NCBI GenBank assembly: GCA_963666735.1
Contig: OY762926.1
Span: 3,296,001-3,360,000, forward strand
Source: Gemmatimonadota bacterium
Lineage (GTDB): Bacteria; Gemmatimonadota; Gemmatimonadetes; Palauibacterales; Palauibacteraceae
Length of the DNA stretch: 64,000 nucleotides
Reading direction: 5' to 3'
This document shows, piece after piece, positions 20,711 through 30,531 of this stretch. Under the pieces are notes generated by a model, which was not told the DNA's origin, made no database searches, and worked only from the letters and a program-made list of their open reading frames with translations. The translations under genes and the position numbers were made by a program. Position 1 is the first letter of the stretch. Every line of letters starts with the position of its first letter.

Positions 20711-21586
20711 ATGCGGATCGCACATGTCGCGGCCGTCCTGGTCGCCGCACAGGTGGCGCCGGTCGCCCTGGTCGGGTGGCCGGCGCCCGTTCACGCCCAG
20801 CAGGTGCAACGGCTGCCGCTCGCGCCCATCCCGCCGAAGGGGGAGCCCGTGGCCCCCTTCTTCGAGGGCTGGTACCGGAACGACGACGGCTCCTTCACCT
20901 TCTCGTTCGGCTACTTCAACCTGAACCGGGAGCAGGTGCTCGACGTCCCGCTCGGCGCGGAGAACCACATCGAGCCGCACGAGTTCGACGGGATGCAGCC
21001 GACGCACTTTCCGGTGCGCCCGCGACGGGACCGCGGCGTGTTCTCCGTCACCGTGCCGGCGACGTTCGAAGACGTAGAGCAGCGGGTCGTGTGGACGATC
21101 ACGACGAACGGCGTGACCTACTCCGTGCCGGCGCGCACCTTCTCGCCCGCGCTGCAACTCGACTACGGGCCGAGGGCCATGGGGTCCGTGCCGCCTCTCG
21201 TCCGCTTCGACCCCGAGGGGGAGGCGGGCCAGCACGTCCAAGGTGTGTGGGGCGAGCCGCGCAGCGCGAAGGTGGGCGAGCCTCTGACGCTGCAGTTGTG
21301 GACCGAAGACGTCTCCGTCCGCGACCCCGAGGATCTCGTGAACCAGGTCGTCGACGTGGAGGTGACCTGGTTCAAACACCAAGGGCCCGCCGCGCCGGTG
21401 GAGTTCGAGCCGTGGCAAATCACCGTCGCGGGCGGGACCGGCGAGGCGACGACGGCGGCGACCTTCACCGGGCCGGGCGAGTACATCCTGCGCGCGCGCA
21501 TCGACAACTGGGACGCGAACGACAGTGCCGGCGGAGACCAGTGCTGCTGGAGCAACGCCTACGTCCGGGTGACCGTCACCCCCTGA
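20711..21586 (+). CDS. Secreted hypothetical protein with C-terminal Ig/PKD-like fold
   Basis: Signal peptide VHA-Q; PFFEGWY, FGYFNLN, FTGPGEYILR, CCWSN. Confidence 0.75.
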   Translation: MRIAHVAAVLVAAQVAPVALVGWPAPVHAQQVQRLPLAPIPPKGEPVAPFFEGWYRNDDGSFTFSFGYFNLNREQVLDVPLGAENHIEPHEFDGMQPTHFPVRPRRDRGVFSVTVPATFEDVEQRVVWTITTNGVTYSVPARTFSPALQLDYGPRAMGSVPPLVRFDPEGEAGQHVQGVWGEPRSAKVGEPLTLQLWTEDVSVRDPEDLVNQVVDVEVTWFKHQGPAAPVEFEPWQITVAGGTGEATTAATFTGPGEYILRARIDNWDANDSAGGDQCCWSNAYVRVTVTP

Positions 21587-21625
21587 CCGACTGAGACCGA
21601 CTGGGACCGACTGACAGGAGGCGCC

Positions 21626-23806
21626 ATGGCGGACTCGACCCCCCGCGCCCGCGCCATCGCCGTGCCCGCCGACCGTCTTCTCGGGCGGCTCCCTTGGCAC
21701 CCGCTGCGCCTGCTGCCGACGCTGGCTGTCTGCCTGGCGGCGTGCGACCCTCCGTACCCGCCCGCGCCCGAGACCGCCCGGATTCCCGTCGTGGACACCC
21801 TGCACGGGGTCGAGTTCACCGACGACTACCGGTGGCTCGAGGAGCAGGAGAGCCCCGAGACCCGCGCCTGGATCGACGAGCAGAACGCCTACGCGGAACG
21901 CATCGTCGGCGCCACGCCGCTGCGGGCGGATCTCGAGGGGCGGCTCCGTGAACTGATGGACGCGCCCAGGGCAATCTTCCCGCGCCGGGCGGGGGACTAC
22001 GAGTACTTCTCCTTCCGGAAACCGGGACGGGAGGTCGGAGCGATCTACCGCCGGCCGGCGCCCGACGAACCCGAAGACGCTCCCGTGGACCCGGAGGGCG
22101 AGTTCGAAATCGTGATCGACGCCCTCGATCTCCGCGCCGACGCCACGACCAGCGTGAGCATCATCGACTTCTCGCCCGACGGCACCCTTATGATCTACGC
22201 CATCCGGGACGGGGGCCGGGACGAGCGGGAGTACCGCGTCCGCGACCTGGAGAGCGGCGAGGACCTGCCCGACCGCCTGCCGACCTACCTGTACGGCAGC
22301 GTCGCCTTCGATCCGGAAGGGGACGGCTTTTACTACAGCCGCCGGTCGCGGGAGACGGGGGCGCGGATCCGCTACCACCGGCTGGGGACCGACCTCGAAC
22401 AGGACGAGGAACTGTTCGGAGAGGGGCACGGGCCGGAGCGGTTCGTGGGCTTCTCGCGGGGGGGCGACGGCCGGTGGCTCGTCTACACCGTGCAGCACGG
22501 GTGGGCGCGAACGGACGTCTACCTGCACGACCTGCGTTCCGGGACGGGGCCCGCGCCGCTCATCGTCGGCGCGCCCGCCCGCTTTAGCCCCCGCTTCGTC
22601 GAGGACGAACTCTACCTGCTCACGAACCTGGATGCGCCGAGAAACCGGATCGTCGCGGTGGACCTCGAGAACCCCGAGCCGGACCCGGCCGCGTGGCGCG
22701 AGGTGCTGCCCGAGGGGGAGGATCTCCTCACGGGGTACCGGTTCATCGGCGACGATCTGTACGCCGACTACCTGCGCGACGTGAGCAGCCGGATCGTACG
22801 CTACGGGCCGGACGGCGCGGCGAAGGGCGAGATCCCGATCCCGGCGCACCATGTGGCGACGCTGCGCTCGCACGGAGATGACGGGAACGAGGCCCTCCTC
22901 ACGCTGACGTCGCTCCTCACCCCCTCCACCATCCTCAAACTGGACCTGGAGACGATGGAGACGGAGGAATGGCGGCCGTCATCCGTCCCCTTCGACGGTT
23001 CGGGGTACGAACTGAAGCAGGTCTGGTACACTTCGGAGGACGGTACGCGTGCTCCGATGTACATCGCGCACCGGACGGGACTCGCGCTGGACGGGCAGAG
23101 TCCCGCCCTCCTGTACGGGTACGGCGGCTTCAACGTGAACCTGTTGCCCCGTTTCGACGCCCGCGCCGCGGCGTGGCTGGAGCGGGGCGGCGTGTACGCG
23201 ATGGCGACGCTGAGGGGCGGCGGGGAGTTCGGCGAGGAGTGGCACCGGGCGGGCATGCTGGAGAACAAGCCGAACGTGTTCGCCGACTTCATCGCCGCGG
23301 CGGAGTGGCTGGTCGACAACGGCTACACGAACCCGGACAAGCTCGCGATCCGCGGCGGGAGCAACGGCGGCCTCCTCGTCGCCGCTTCCCTCACCAAGCG
23401 GCCGGACCTCTTCCGCGCCGTCTACTGCGGCCTTCCCGACCTCGACATGGTCCGCTTCTACCAATTCACCGACGCGAACAACATGCCCGCGCTCCTGGAA
23501 TACGGGAACGCGGCGGTGGCCGAGGAGTTCGAGGTCCTCCGCACCTTTTCCCCGTACCAGAACGTGCGTGGCGGCGTCGACTACCCCGCCGTCATGCTCA
23601 CGCAGGGAGATCTCGACACCCGCGTGCCTCCGCTGCAGGCCCGAAAGATGGCCGCGCGCCTGCAGGCGGCGTCGACCTCGGGTCTGCCGGTGATCCTCGA
23701 CTACGACCCGCGCACAGGCCACGCGGGCGGCCGCTCCTTCAGTCGCAACGTCCGCAACGCCGCGATGGAACTCGCCTTCCTCCTCCAGCAGCTCGGCGCG
23801 TCCTGA
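21626..23806 (+). CDS. Prolyl oligopeptidase (S9A), lipoprotein
   Basis: DDYRWLE, LYGYGGF, GGSNGG nucleophile, DTRV, GH; lipobox LAAC. Confidence 0.93.
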   Translation: MADSTPRARAIAVPADRLLGRLPWHPLRLLPTLAVCLAACDPPYPPAPETARIPVVDTLHGVEFTDDYRWLEEQESPETRAWIDEQNAYAERIVGATPLRADLEGRLRELMDAPRAIFPRRAGDYEYFSFRKPGREVGAIYRRPAPDEPEDAPVDPEGEFEIVIDALDLRADATTSVSIIDFSPDGTLMIYAIRDGGRDEREYRVRDLESGEDLPDRLPTYLYGSVAFDPEGDGFYYSRRSRETGARIRYHRLGTDLEQDEELFGEGHGPERFVGFSRGGDGRWLVYTVQHGWARTDVYLHDLRSGTGPAPLIVGAPARFSPRFVEDELYLLTNLDAPRNRIVAVDLENPEPDPAAWREVLPEGEDLLTGYRFIGDDLYADYLRDVSSRIVRYGPDGAAKGEIPIPAHHVATLRSHGDDGNEALLTLTSLLTPSTILKLDLETMETEEWRPSSVPFDGSGYELKQVWYTSEDGTRAPMYIAHRTGLALDGQSPALLYGYGGFNVNLLPRFDARAAAWLERGGVYAMATLRGGGEFGEEWHRAGMLENKPNVFADFIAAAEWLVDNGYTNPDKLAIRGGSNGGLLVAASLTKRPDLFRAVYCGLPDLDMVRFYQFTDANNMPALLEYGNAAVAEEFEVLRTFSPYQNVRGGVDYPAVMLTQGDLDTRVPPLQARKMAARLQAASTSGLPVILDYDPRTGHAGGRSFSRNVRNAAMELAFLLQQLGAS

Positions 23807-23890
23807 CGCCCCCTGGCGCTGCCGGCCGGGACGGTCGTCAGCCTGTTGCCGACGTCCTCGGCCGAGCGCGGCCGCACACGTCTCCCGCGG

Positions 23891-24262
23891 TCAGGCCAGT
23901 TCGAGACCCAAAGCCTCGAAGCGGTGGAAGTCACGCTGGTCGGCGGTGGCGAGCCGAGCGCCCCGGCCGAGCGCCACCGCCGCGATCATGCAGTCGGGCA
24001 GCGACCCGCGACGACGTCCGGAAGCGTTGAAGAGGCGCGCGGCCATCGCGGCATCGCCATCCGTGAAATCGATCCGCGGGCCGACGATTCGGTCCGCCGC
24101 TTCCAGGTGCGGTGAGGAGAGGGGTCCGCACCGAAACTCGGCCCAGGCAACCGCGCTTACGGCGATGTCTTCGCCTGCGGCGTTCCATGTGCGCAGCCGC
24201 CCATCCTCCGCCGATCCGGGTCGCAGTGCCAGGATCAGGAAACTGGTATCGAGGTGGATCAT
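23891..24262 (-). CDS. vapC: PIN-domain toxin (VapC family)
   Basis: IHLDTSFLI, AWAEF, DCMIAA, LATAD. Confidence 0.88.
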   Translation of the reverse strand: MIHLDTSFLILALRPGSAEDGRLRTWNAAGEDIAVSAVAWAEFRCGPLSSPHLEAADRIVGPRIDFTDGDAAMAARLFNASGRRRGSLPDCMIAAVALGRGARLATADQRDFHRFEALGLELA

Positions 24263-24552
24263 TCGTGATGTATGTCGGGTGCGTCTCCCGCGGTCGTCCA
24301 GGCACGACGCTCAGCCCTTGCCTCCCTCACCCACTGGTCTAGATCCACTCCGGCAGCCTGGACATCCTTCTGAAGCTGCGTGAGCGCCTCCATAGGCCCG
24401 TCGGCGGACATCGCCTGCTCTCTCCAGGCGGCACGGATCGCCCGGCGCAACACTTCCGACTTGGAAACGTTCCACCGCGCCGCGAGGGTCTCGAGGGCGC
24501 GCACGGACTCCACGTCAAGCGAGTAGGTCGACTTTATGGTGGTGGTGGCCAT
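24259..24552 (-). CDS. Ribbon-helix-helix antitoxin (VapB-like)
   Basis: STYSLD...LAARWNVSKSEVLRRAI; 4-nt overlap with toxin. Confidence 0.82.
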   Translation of the reverse strand: MATTTIKSTYSLDVESVRALETLAARWNVSKSEVLRRAIRAAWREQAMSADGPMEALTQLQKDVQAAGVDLDQWVREARAERRAWTTAGDAPDIHHE

Positions 24553-24558
24553 ACGCCG

Positions 24559-24587
24559 ATGGTAGGGCCATACTTCCAGTGCGTCAA
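24559..24587 (-). promoter_or_regulatory. Sigma70 promoter, probably leaderless transcript
   Basis: TTGACG, 17 bp, TACCAT, 6 nt upstream of the antitoxin ATG; no Shine-Dalgarno. Confidence 0.6.
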
Positions 24588-24745
24588 GGTGAACGAAAGG
24601 CGTCGGGGGTGGGAACGCGGCCGGGTCGGCAGCCGGTCGTGAGGGACGAATAATCCAGCGGCGTCGGAACGGTCGCAGCTTGACCCGTGCGATGCGACTG
24701 GAGGTTTCCGTATGCCGCCCAAGCCAGTCCATGTTAGGGTCAGTG

Positions 24746-25312
24746 ATGACCATCGCCCAACGCCGGACCTACCAGCTCAGAGTTGCGCTCAGCGGCGCGA
24801 AGCCGCCGATCTGGCGCCGTTTTCTCGTGTCGCCGACGATGCCGCTGTCGGAATTGCACGACGTATTGCAGGTCGTCATGGGCTGGGAAGACTGCCATCT
24901 CCATCATTTCCGGCAGGGCGAACGGTGTTACGAGCCGCCGAGTCCGTGGGATGATGGTTTTGGACCAGCGAGCGTGGATTCGCGGAAGGTCCGCATCGGC
25001 CAACTCCTCCGGAAGCCGAAGGACTGGATCGCGTATCTCTACGACTTCGGCGACGGCTGGAGGCACCGGGTCACGCTGCAGAAGATCCTGCCGCTCGACC
25101 CGTCGGTCCGACTCCCCGCGTGCATCGCGGGCAGGCGGGCCTGCCCGCCCGAGGACTGCGGCGGTCTGTGGGGCTACTACGAGATGCTGGAGGCGCTCGG
25201 TGATCCCGGACACGAACAGCACGAGGACATGGTGGACTGGATCGGCAGCTTCGACCCCGACGATTTCAGCCTCGACGACGTCAACGTCCAACTCCGCGCC
25301 CGCTGGAAGTAG
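24746..25312 (+). CDS. Plasmid pRiA4b ORF-3 family protein
   Basis: PPIWRR, GWEDCHLHHF, YLYDFGDGWRH, ACPPEDCGG. Confidence 0.92.
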   Translation: MTIAQRRTYQLRVALSGAKPPIWRRFLVSPTMPLSELHDVLQVVMGWEDCHLHHFRQGERCYEPPSPWDDGFGPASVDSRKVRIGQLLRKPKDWIAYLYDFGDGWRHRVTLQKILPLDPSVRLPACIAGRRACPPEDCGGLWGYYEMLEALGDPGHEQHEDMVDWIGSFDPDDFSLDDVNVQLRARWK

Positions 25313-25585
25313 CCCGCCGACCCTCGACGCCTCGCCAAGCCGGCGTACGGTCGACCGGCGGCGACAGTAGCCTGCAGCGTTCACTCTTTTGCTTCGGGCA
25401 GTTATTCGGGTTATATTCGGTCTCGTGGAGGCGATGCAGCGGACACGTCCGCGGTCGGCCTCGGGGCTGATGATGGGAGGGGTGGAATGAGGTGGATTCC
25501 AGGATGGGAACGATTGCGGTACCGTGGCGACCGGGTTGGGCGACCCGTTGCGGCTTCGCGTGCGACCAGTGCATCCTCAGCGCGT

Positions 25586-26263
25586 ATGGTCAGCCTACCC
25601 GTGCGAGACATTCTGGGCGAACTGACTCCGGTCGAGCAGAAGCTGGCACCCGGTGTTCTGCATGTTGCTGGAGACGTCGACCTGCTGCGCGCCAGCCCGA
25701 AGGTGGCGGTAGTGGGATCGAGAAAAGCGAGTCCCGAGGGGCTGACGAACGCCATGCGGGTCGCCGATACGCTCGTCGGACTTGGCGCCACCGTGGTCTC
25801 AGGCCTTGCGCAGGGCATCGACACCGCCGCCCACAAAGCCGCGCTCCGTGCTGGAGGCCGCACCTTCGCTGTCATTGGAACGGGCTTGGACATCAGCTAC
25901 CCGCGCGGCAACCAACGGCTACAGCAACACCTGATGACCAACTTCGCCGTCGTCAGCCAGTTCCGTGCGGGTTCTCCTCCGGCGAGACGAAATTTTCCCC
26001 AGCGGAACCGAACGATGGCTCTCCTCAGCGACGCGCTCGTGATCGTGGAGGCCGCGGAGAAGAGCGGTACCATCAGCCAGGGATGGGAGACGCTGCGCCT
26101 CGGGCGCACGCTTTTCCTGCTGGAGGCCGTCGCCAACAACCCCGCCTTGTCGTGGCCGGCCGAAATGCGCCGCTACGGAGCGGAAGTGCTGCGGATGGAG
26201 GATCTCGATCGGATTCTCGACCACCTTCCCTGCGTGACGATGAGCGGGGCGATCGGCTTCTGA
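25586..26263 (+). CDS. DprA/Smf Rossmann-domain protein (short, core only)
   Basis: VAVVGSR, VSGLAQGID..AH, FPQRNRTM, VEAAEKSGT. Confidence 0.88.
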   Translation: MVSLPVRDILGELTPVEQKLAPGVLHVAGDVDLLRASPKVAVVGSRKASPEGLTNAMRVADTLVGLGATVVSGLAQGIDTAAHKAALRAGGRTFAVIGTGLDISYPRGNQRLQQHLMTNFAVVSQFRAGSPPARRNFPQRNRTMALLSDALVIVEAAEKSGTISQGWETLRLGRTLFLLEAVANNPALSWPAEMRRYGAEVLRMEDLDRILDHLPCVTMSGAIGF

Positions 26264-26266
26264 CGG

Positions 26267-26890
26267 ATGCGGTTCGCATCGCTTTTGGTCTATACACCTT
26301 GGGGTCGCGATCCCGAGAATCTGGGACAGGGGCCCCGAGGAATCATGGGTATGGTGAAGGGCGCCCGCCCGGAAGTCCTGGAACGCATTGCCGTCCGTTG
26401 TGGCGAGCGCCAAGGCACAGATTTCGAGGGGTTCTTCACTCCCACGTCGACCCTGGTTCCCGTTCCCACGAGCGCTCCGGCCAGAGCTCCCGACACCCTG
26501 TGGCCCGGGCTCAGCATTGCCGAAGCGCTATTGGACCAAGGGCTGGGGCGGGACGTTCAAGAGTTGCTTGTGAGAACCGTCCGGGTGCCAAGGGCGCACG
26601 AGCAGCTTGCGGCTGATCGCCCGCGAGTGGACGAACTGGCCGCCTCGCTCGAATGGCGGGGCGATTTCGGCTCGGGTCTTGAGCAGGTCGTACTGGTGGA
26701 CGACGTGGTGACTCGGGGCACCACGTTTCTTGCGGCACGCGAAGTCATCCACCGCACAGAGCCGTGGCTGGAAGTTCGAGGATTCGCCGCCGTTCGCACG
26801 ATGAGCTTCAACGTCGTCACGGAACCGCTGAGCCCAGTGATCGGCCGGGTGGAGTTGCAAGCGAATGGGTGGGGCCGACGGGATCCTTGA
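26267..26890 (+). CDS. Phosphoribosyltransferase-fold protein (ComF-like)
   Basis: LVPVPTS, VVLVDDVVTRGTT PRPP-binding loop; 3 nt after the DprA gene. Confidence 0.85.
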   Translation: MRFASLLVYTPWGRDPENLGQGPRGIMGMVKGARPEVLERIAVRCGERQGTDFEGFFTPTSTLVPVPTSAPARAPDTLWPGLSIAEALLDQGLGRDVQELLVRTVRVPRAHEQLAADRPRVDELAASLEWRGDFGSGLEQVVLVDDVVTRGTTFLAAREVIHRTEPWLEVRGFAAVRTMSFNVVTEPLSPVIGRVELQANGWGRRDP

Positions 26891-26981
26891 GCTCCACGGT
26901 CAGATGCAATGAGCCGTGAGTGAACCGTCAATTGACCGAAGGAACGATCGGCTCGTGCCGAGAGACCATGCCCATCCAGCA

Positions 26982-28391
26982 CTATTTCAGCGATTCCGCG
27001 AACAGCTCCATGCGTTCGACCGCCGCCTCGAACTCGCCTCTCCACCCTTCCCACCCGATCTTCGCTTGCACGAGCCTCACGGTTGCGTCCGCGTGCTTCC
27101 ACGCTGCCTGCTCAGCGATGTCATCTGGCTTATCATCACTAGCCAGAGTCGCATACTCTTGGAGAATCGCCCTGCCTTGTTCGTCGGCAGCGATGATGAG
27201 CATCGCCTCAAACACATATCGTCTTTCCAGTTCCTGGAACAGCGTTCCGTCTGGACCACCGGACAATCGTCGGACCACTTCATCAACCGCGATGCCGCGG
27301 CCCGTGAAACGCTGATAAAGTTCGAGATCGAGCGTACGGAGGATCAACGCCGTCGTAGCTGGCAGGAGTAATGGTTTATAGTTAGCTGCGAGCGAGGCGA
27401 AGATCAGGCCCAATCTGTGAATCGCTTGGGCTACCGCACGTATGCTAAGTCGAGGCAGCGCAAAGAAACCGTGCAGCATTTCCTTGGCGAGGGTCGCGTA
27501 TTGGCGGGTGTCGTGATCGGTGGCCTGGGCGAGAAAGTCATTGATGCCCGTCGCATCCAGCATCGCCTCGATGAACGGCTCTCGGTCAGGATCGGGCAGC
27601 CGAAAGTCGATGTCGACGAACCGCCGCAAGTAGCCATGCGCGTCGAAACCGTCACCATAGAGGGCCTTCACGGAGTGCTCCAACTCGGAGCGATTCACGG
27701 CCAATGCGAACACGATGTGTCGTGCGGCGAAGATGTGTTTGGCGACCTCGAGAAGTTCGATGGCATACGGCGGGCGGCAGCGGTCCAACTCGTCGATCAT
27801 GACGACCAACGGTCTGCCGTCTCGCGACTCAGACACCGTGCGTGCCGCATCTTGGAGGTCTGCACGGAACGTGCCGAAGAGCTTAACGGCCTCTTGATAC
27901 TGGCGAACTCGTTCGGCGGGTTCCAACAGCGCCTCGACATCAAGCACCCCGCTGGTTGCCACACGGATGACCGAGGGAGCAACGGCTCGTAGGAGGTCGG
28001 GCACGCCGTCCTTCAATTTCTTGAGTGCGGCTTGGGTCCGGTCACCCTCCGAATCGAGACTGTCCAGGATTTGCGTGGAGAGGGCGAGCAGTGGATCGCC
28101 GGCAAAGTCAGTTTCCCAAGCGTTGAAGTGCGCCACGCCGAACGCTTGGTTTTTCAGATACCGCCTCCACATGCGAAAGAATGTGGACTTGCCGGTGCCC
28201 CAAGGCGCGTCAACCGCAAGAACGCACGGGCCTTCGAGGGAGCCGACAAGGTGAGTGAGCACCTCGATCGACGGCCTTCTGCCGAGAAGGTCGTTCTTGA
28301 ACGGCTCGTCTCTCGGCACATCGATGTCAGGCGGCTGAATCCGGTACAATATCCTGTCTGGAGGTGTGGTGTCGTGATCGAGACGAGTCAC
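26982..28391 (-). CDS. KAP family P-loop NTPase
   Basis: APWGTGKS, FNAWETD, VVMIDELDRCRP, YLRRFVD; RBS GGGAGG before GTG 28391. Confidence 0.88.
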   Translation of the reverse strand: MTRLDHDTTPPDRILYRIQPPDIDVPRDEPFKNDLLGRRPSIEVLTHLVGSLEGPCVLAVDAPWGTGKSTFFRMWRRYLKNQAFGVAHFNAWETDFAGDPLLALSTQILDSLDSEGDRTQAALKKLKDGVPDLLRAVAPSVIRVATSGVLDVEALLEPAERVRQYQEAVKLFGTFRADLQDAARTVSESRDGRPLVVMIDELDRCRPPYAIELLEVAKHIFAARHIVFALAVNRSELEHSVKALYGDGFDAHGYLRRFVDIDFRLPDPDREPFIEAMLDATGINDFLAQATDHDTRQYATLAKEMLHGFFALPRLSIRAVAQAIHRLGLIFASLAANYKPLLLPATTALILRTLDLELYQRFTGRGIAVDEVVRRLSGGPDGTLFQELERRYVFEAMLIIAADEQGRAILQEYATLASDDKPDDIAEQAAWKHADATVRLVQAKIGWEGWRGEFEAAVERMELFAESLK

Positions 28392-28428
28392 GTCTGATCC
28401 TCCCGTTGGGTGGACCGGCGCGTGTGGC

Positions 28429-30531
28429 TTATTCAAGGAGCTTGAAGACGCCGTCGGCGGCGTCGCTGTAGAACTCGATGTTGAGCTTCGTCCAGATGTC
28501 GTCGGGGAGATTGTTCAACTCGCGGCGGGCGGTGACCGGGAGGAGAAGGACGGAAGCGCCCTTGTCCACGGCGAGCTCGGCGATCGCGACCGGATCTGCC
28601 AGCTGATCGAGGGAGCCGCCCAGGTTCAGGGGGCCGGTCACGATTGCGGCGCCGCGCGTGCCCCGATCGAGGAGTGCCCCGACGAATGCGGCGAGGACAG
28701 GCACGCCAAGGTGGGTCCCGGAGGTGTCCGCGTCGAAGGGACGGAGTTGGACGGTGTATTCGTGGGACCGGGCGTTGCGGTCACCGATGAGGTTGGCGGC
28801 GCTGGCGTAGAGGTTCTGCTCAGCCACCTTCACGCTCTCGCGGAACGCCGGCGGGACCGGGTGGTTCAGGATTCGGGTGCCGCTGCCGGGTCCATCCGAG
28901 ACCTCGATGCGGTAGAGACCCGGGCCGGTCTCGGCGAGGCCGGGGCCTATCGCCCACACCTGCCCGGGGGGCAGGGGGTCGGGGTCGATCGCTTCGTCGC
29001 TATGGAGTTCGGGAGTGGCGACGAACTTCTCGATACCGTCCACGCCGAGCGTGAACGAGAAATGCGTATTCCGGAACTCGGCCTTGAGGCAGCGCTTTTG
29101 CTGCTCCTTGACTCGACGCCGTGACTCCAGCGCGAGCCGGACGATCCATTCGAGGTCTCCGTCTTCGATCTCCATCTCGGGGTCGGGGAAGATCAGCTTG
29201 AGGAGCCCGGAGACCGACTTGTGGACCGCTTCGATATCGCGGCCGGAGAGGGCGCCGCCCCAGAACACGCGGTTCTGGATCCTGGGGAGTCGCGACTGCG
29301 GGCGCAGGCCGGTCCAGCAGGCGCTCAGGAAGTCGCTCACAAGCCCGAAGTGGTCGGTGAGGTGTTCCTTCGGATTGAGCTTCGGGAAGTTCCAGCCCGG
29401 GGCGTATCCGTGGATCCGGTCGTGGAAGGCCGTGTCGTCGCGCATCTGCTTGGGGAGCGGGCTCAGGAGATGCCCGACGCGCTGCTGCTGCTCGACCGAC
29501 ACGTTGAAGTTTCCGACCATCACCATCGAGCCCTCGGCGCGGATGCTCTCCTTTCCGCGGCTGAATTCTCCCGACGCCATGTAGCCTTTCATGATGTTGA
29601 CCCCGTCCTTCTGGTCGAAGGAGACGCCGGCGATCTCGTCGAAGCACACGACGTCGTAGTGGCACACGAGGCCGCGCTGTCCGCTGGCCATGTTGACGAA
29701 CATCTTGGCGACCGTGGCCTTTCCGCCCGAAATCAGGTGCGAGAACGGGGAGAGCTGCTGATAGACGTGGCTCTTCCCGGTTCCGCGCGGTCCGAGTTCC
29801 ACGAGGTTGTAGTTGCGCTCGACGAAGGGGATGAGCCGCAGGAGGACCACGCGCTTGGCTCGCTCATCCAGCGTGCTGGGCTCGAGGCCGGTCGAGCGGA
29901 GAAGGAAGTCGACCCATTCCTCGGTCGTGAAGTGGCGGCGGCCGCGGGACAGCACGTCGAGCACGTTCGGACTCGACATCTGGATGGGGCGCAGCGCCTG
30001 GATGCCGAAGGGGCGGCCGTTCCGTTCCTGAGCGATAACGGGGTCGTATTCGAGCGTCACCTCGGCGTAGAAGCCGTCGGCCAGCATGCGCTGGTTCTCT
30101 CTGACGAGGCGGGTGCCGATGCGGGCATCCTTGAGGTTGAGGCTCGGGAGCTCGGCGACGTAGCAGTCGTTCTTGGCATCAAGGCGGGCACGGATGAGGT
30201 CGATGGGCCGGACGGTGCCTTCCTCCCGGGCCCTGGACTTGAAGATCTCCTGCTCCGCGGCGCGGATCGTGCGGCCATCGAGCTGCTTCTCGACGATCGC
30301 CAAGCCCTCCGCGATCTCCGCCTCGTCCACGCTCGCGCAGTAGCGGCCGAGGAGGAACTCCACGACGTACGTTGGGACGGGGTACTGGCGGGCGTAGCGC
30401 CGCACCAGGTCCTTGCGCACGAGGTAGCCGGGGAACGCCTCGTTGGCCGCGATGTCCAGCGAGTCGAGTTCAATCGCGGGGTCGCCCGTGGGGGCGTCCG
30501 GCTCCTGTGTATGGGTTCCCGAGTCGCTCAC
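28429..30531 (-). CDS. brxL: BREX Lon-related AAA+ protein BrxL
   Basis: VPTYVVEFLLGRYC, ELGPRGTGKSH, VVCFDE, MKGYMASGEFSRG, TAFHDRIH. Confidence 0.9.
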   Translation of the reverse strand: MSDSGTHTQEPDAPTGDPAIELDSLDIAANEAFPGYLVRKDLVRRYARQYPVPTYVVEFLLGRYCASVDEAEIAEGLAIVEKQLDGRTIRAAEQEIFKSRAREEGTVRPIDLIRARLDAKNDCYVAELPSLNLKDARIGTRLVRENQRMLADGFYAEVTLEYDPVIAQERNGRPFGIQALRPIQMSSPNVLDVLSRGRRHFTTEEWVDFLLRSTGLEPSTLDERAKRVVLLRLIPFVERNYNLVELGPRGTGKSHVYQQLSPFSHLISGGKATVAKMFVNMASGQRGLVCHYDVVCFDEIAGVSFDQKDGVNIMKGYMASGEFSRGKESIRAEGSMVMVGNFNVSVEQQQRVGHLLSPLPKQMRDDTAFHDRIHGYAPGWNFPKLNPKEHLTDHFGLVSDFLSACWTGLRPQSRLPRIQNRVFWGGALSGRDIEAVHKSVSGLLKLIFPDPEMEIEDGDLEWIVRLALESRRRVKEQQKRCLKAEFRNTHFSFTLGVDGIEKFVATPELHSDEAIDPDPLPPGQVWAIGPGLAETGPGLYRIEVSDGPGSGTRILNHPVPPAFRESVKVAEQNLYASAANLIGDRNARSHEYTVQLRPFDADTSGTHLGVPVLAAFVGALLDRGTRGAAIVTGPLNLGGSLDQLADPVAIAELAVDKGASVLLLPVTARRELNNLPDDIWTKLNIEFYSDAADGVFKLLE

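Noticed and set aside
21585..21613. GACCGACTG three times, plus 12-bp duplications near 37024 and 55952
   Set aside because: Short slippage repeats with no further structure.
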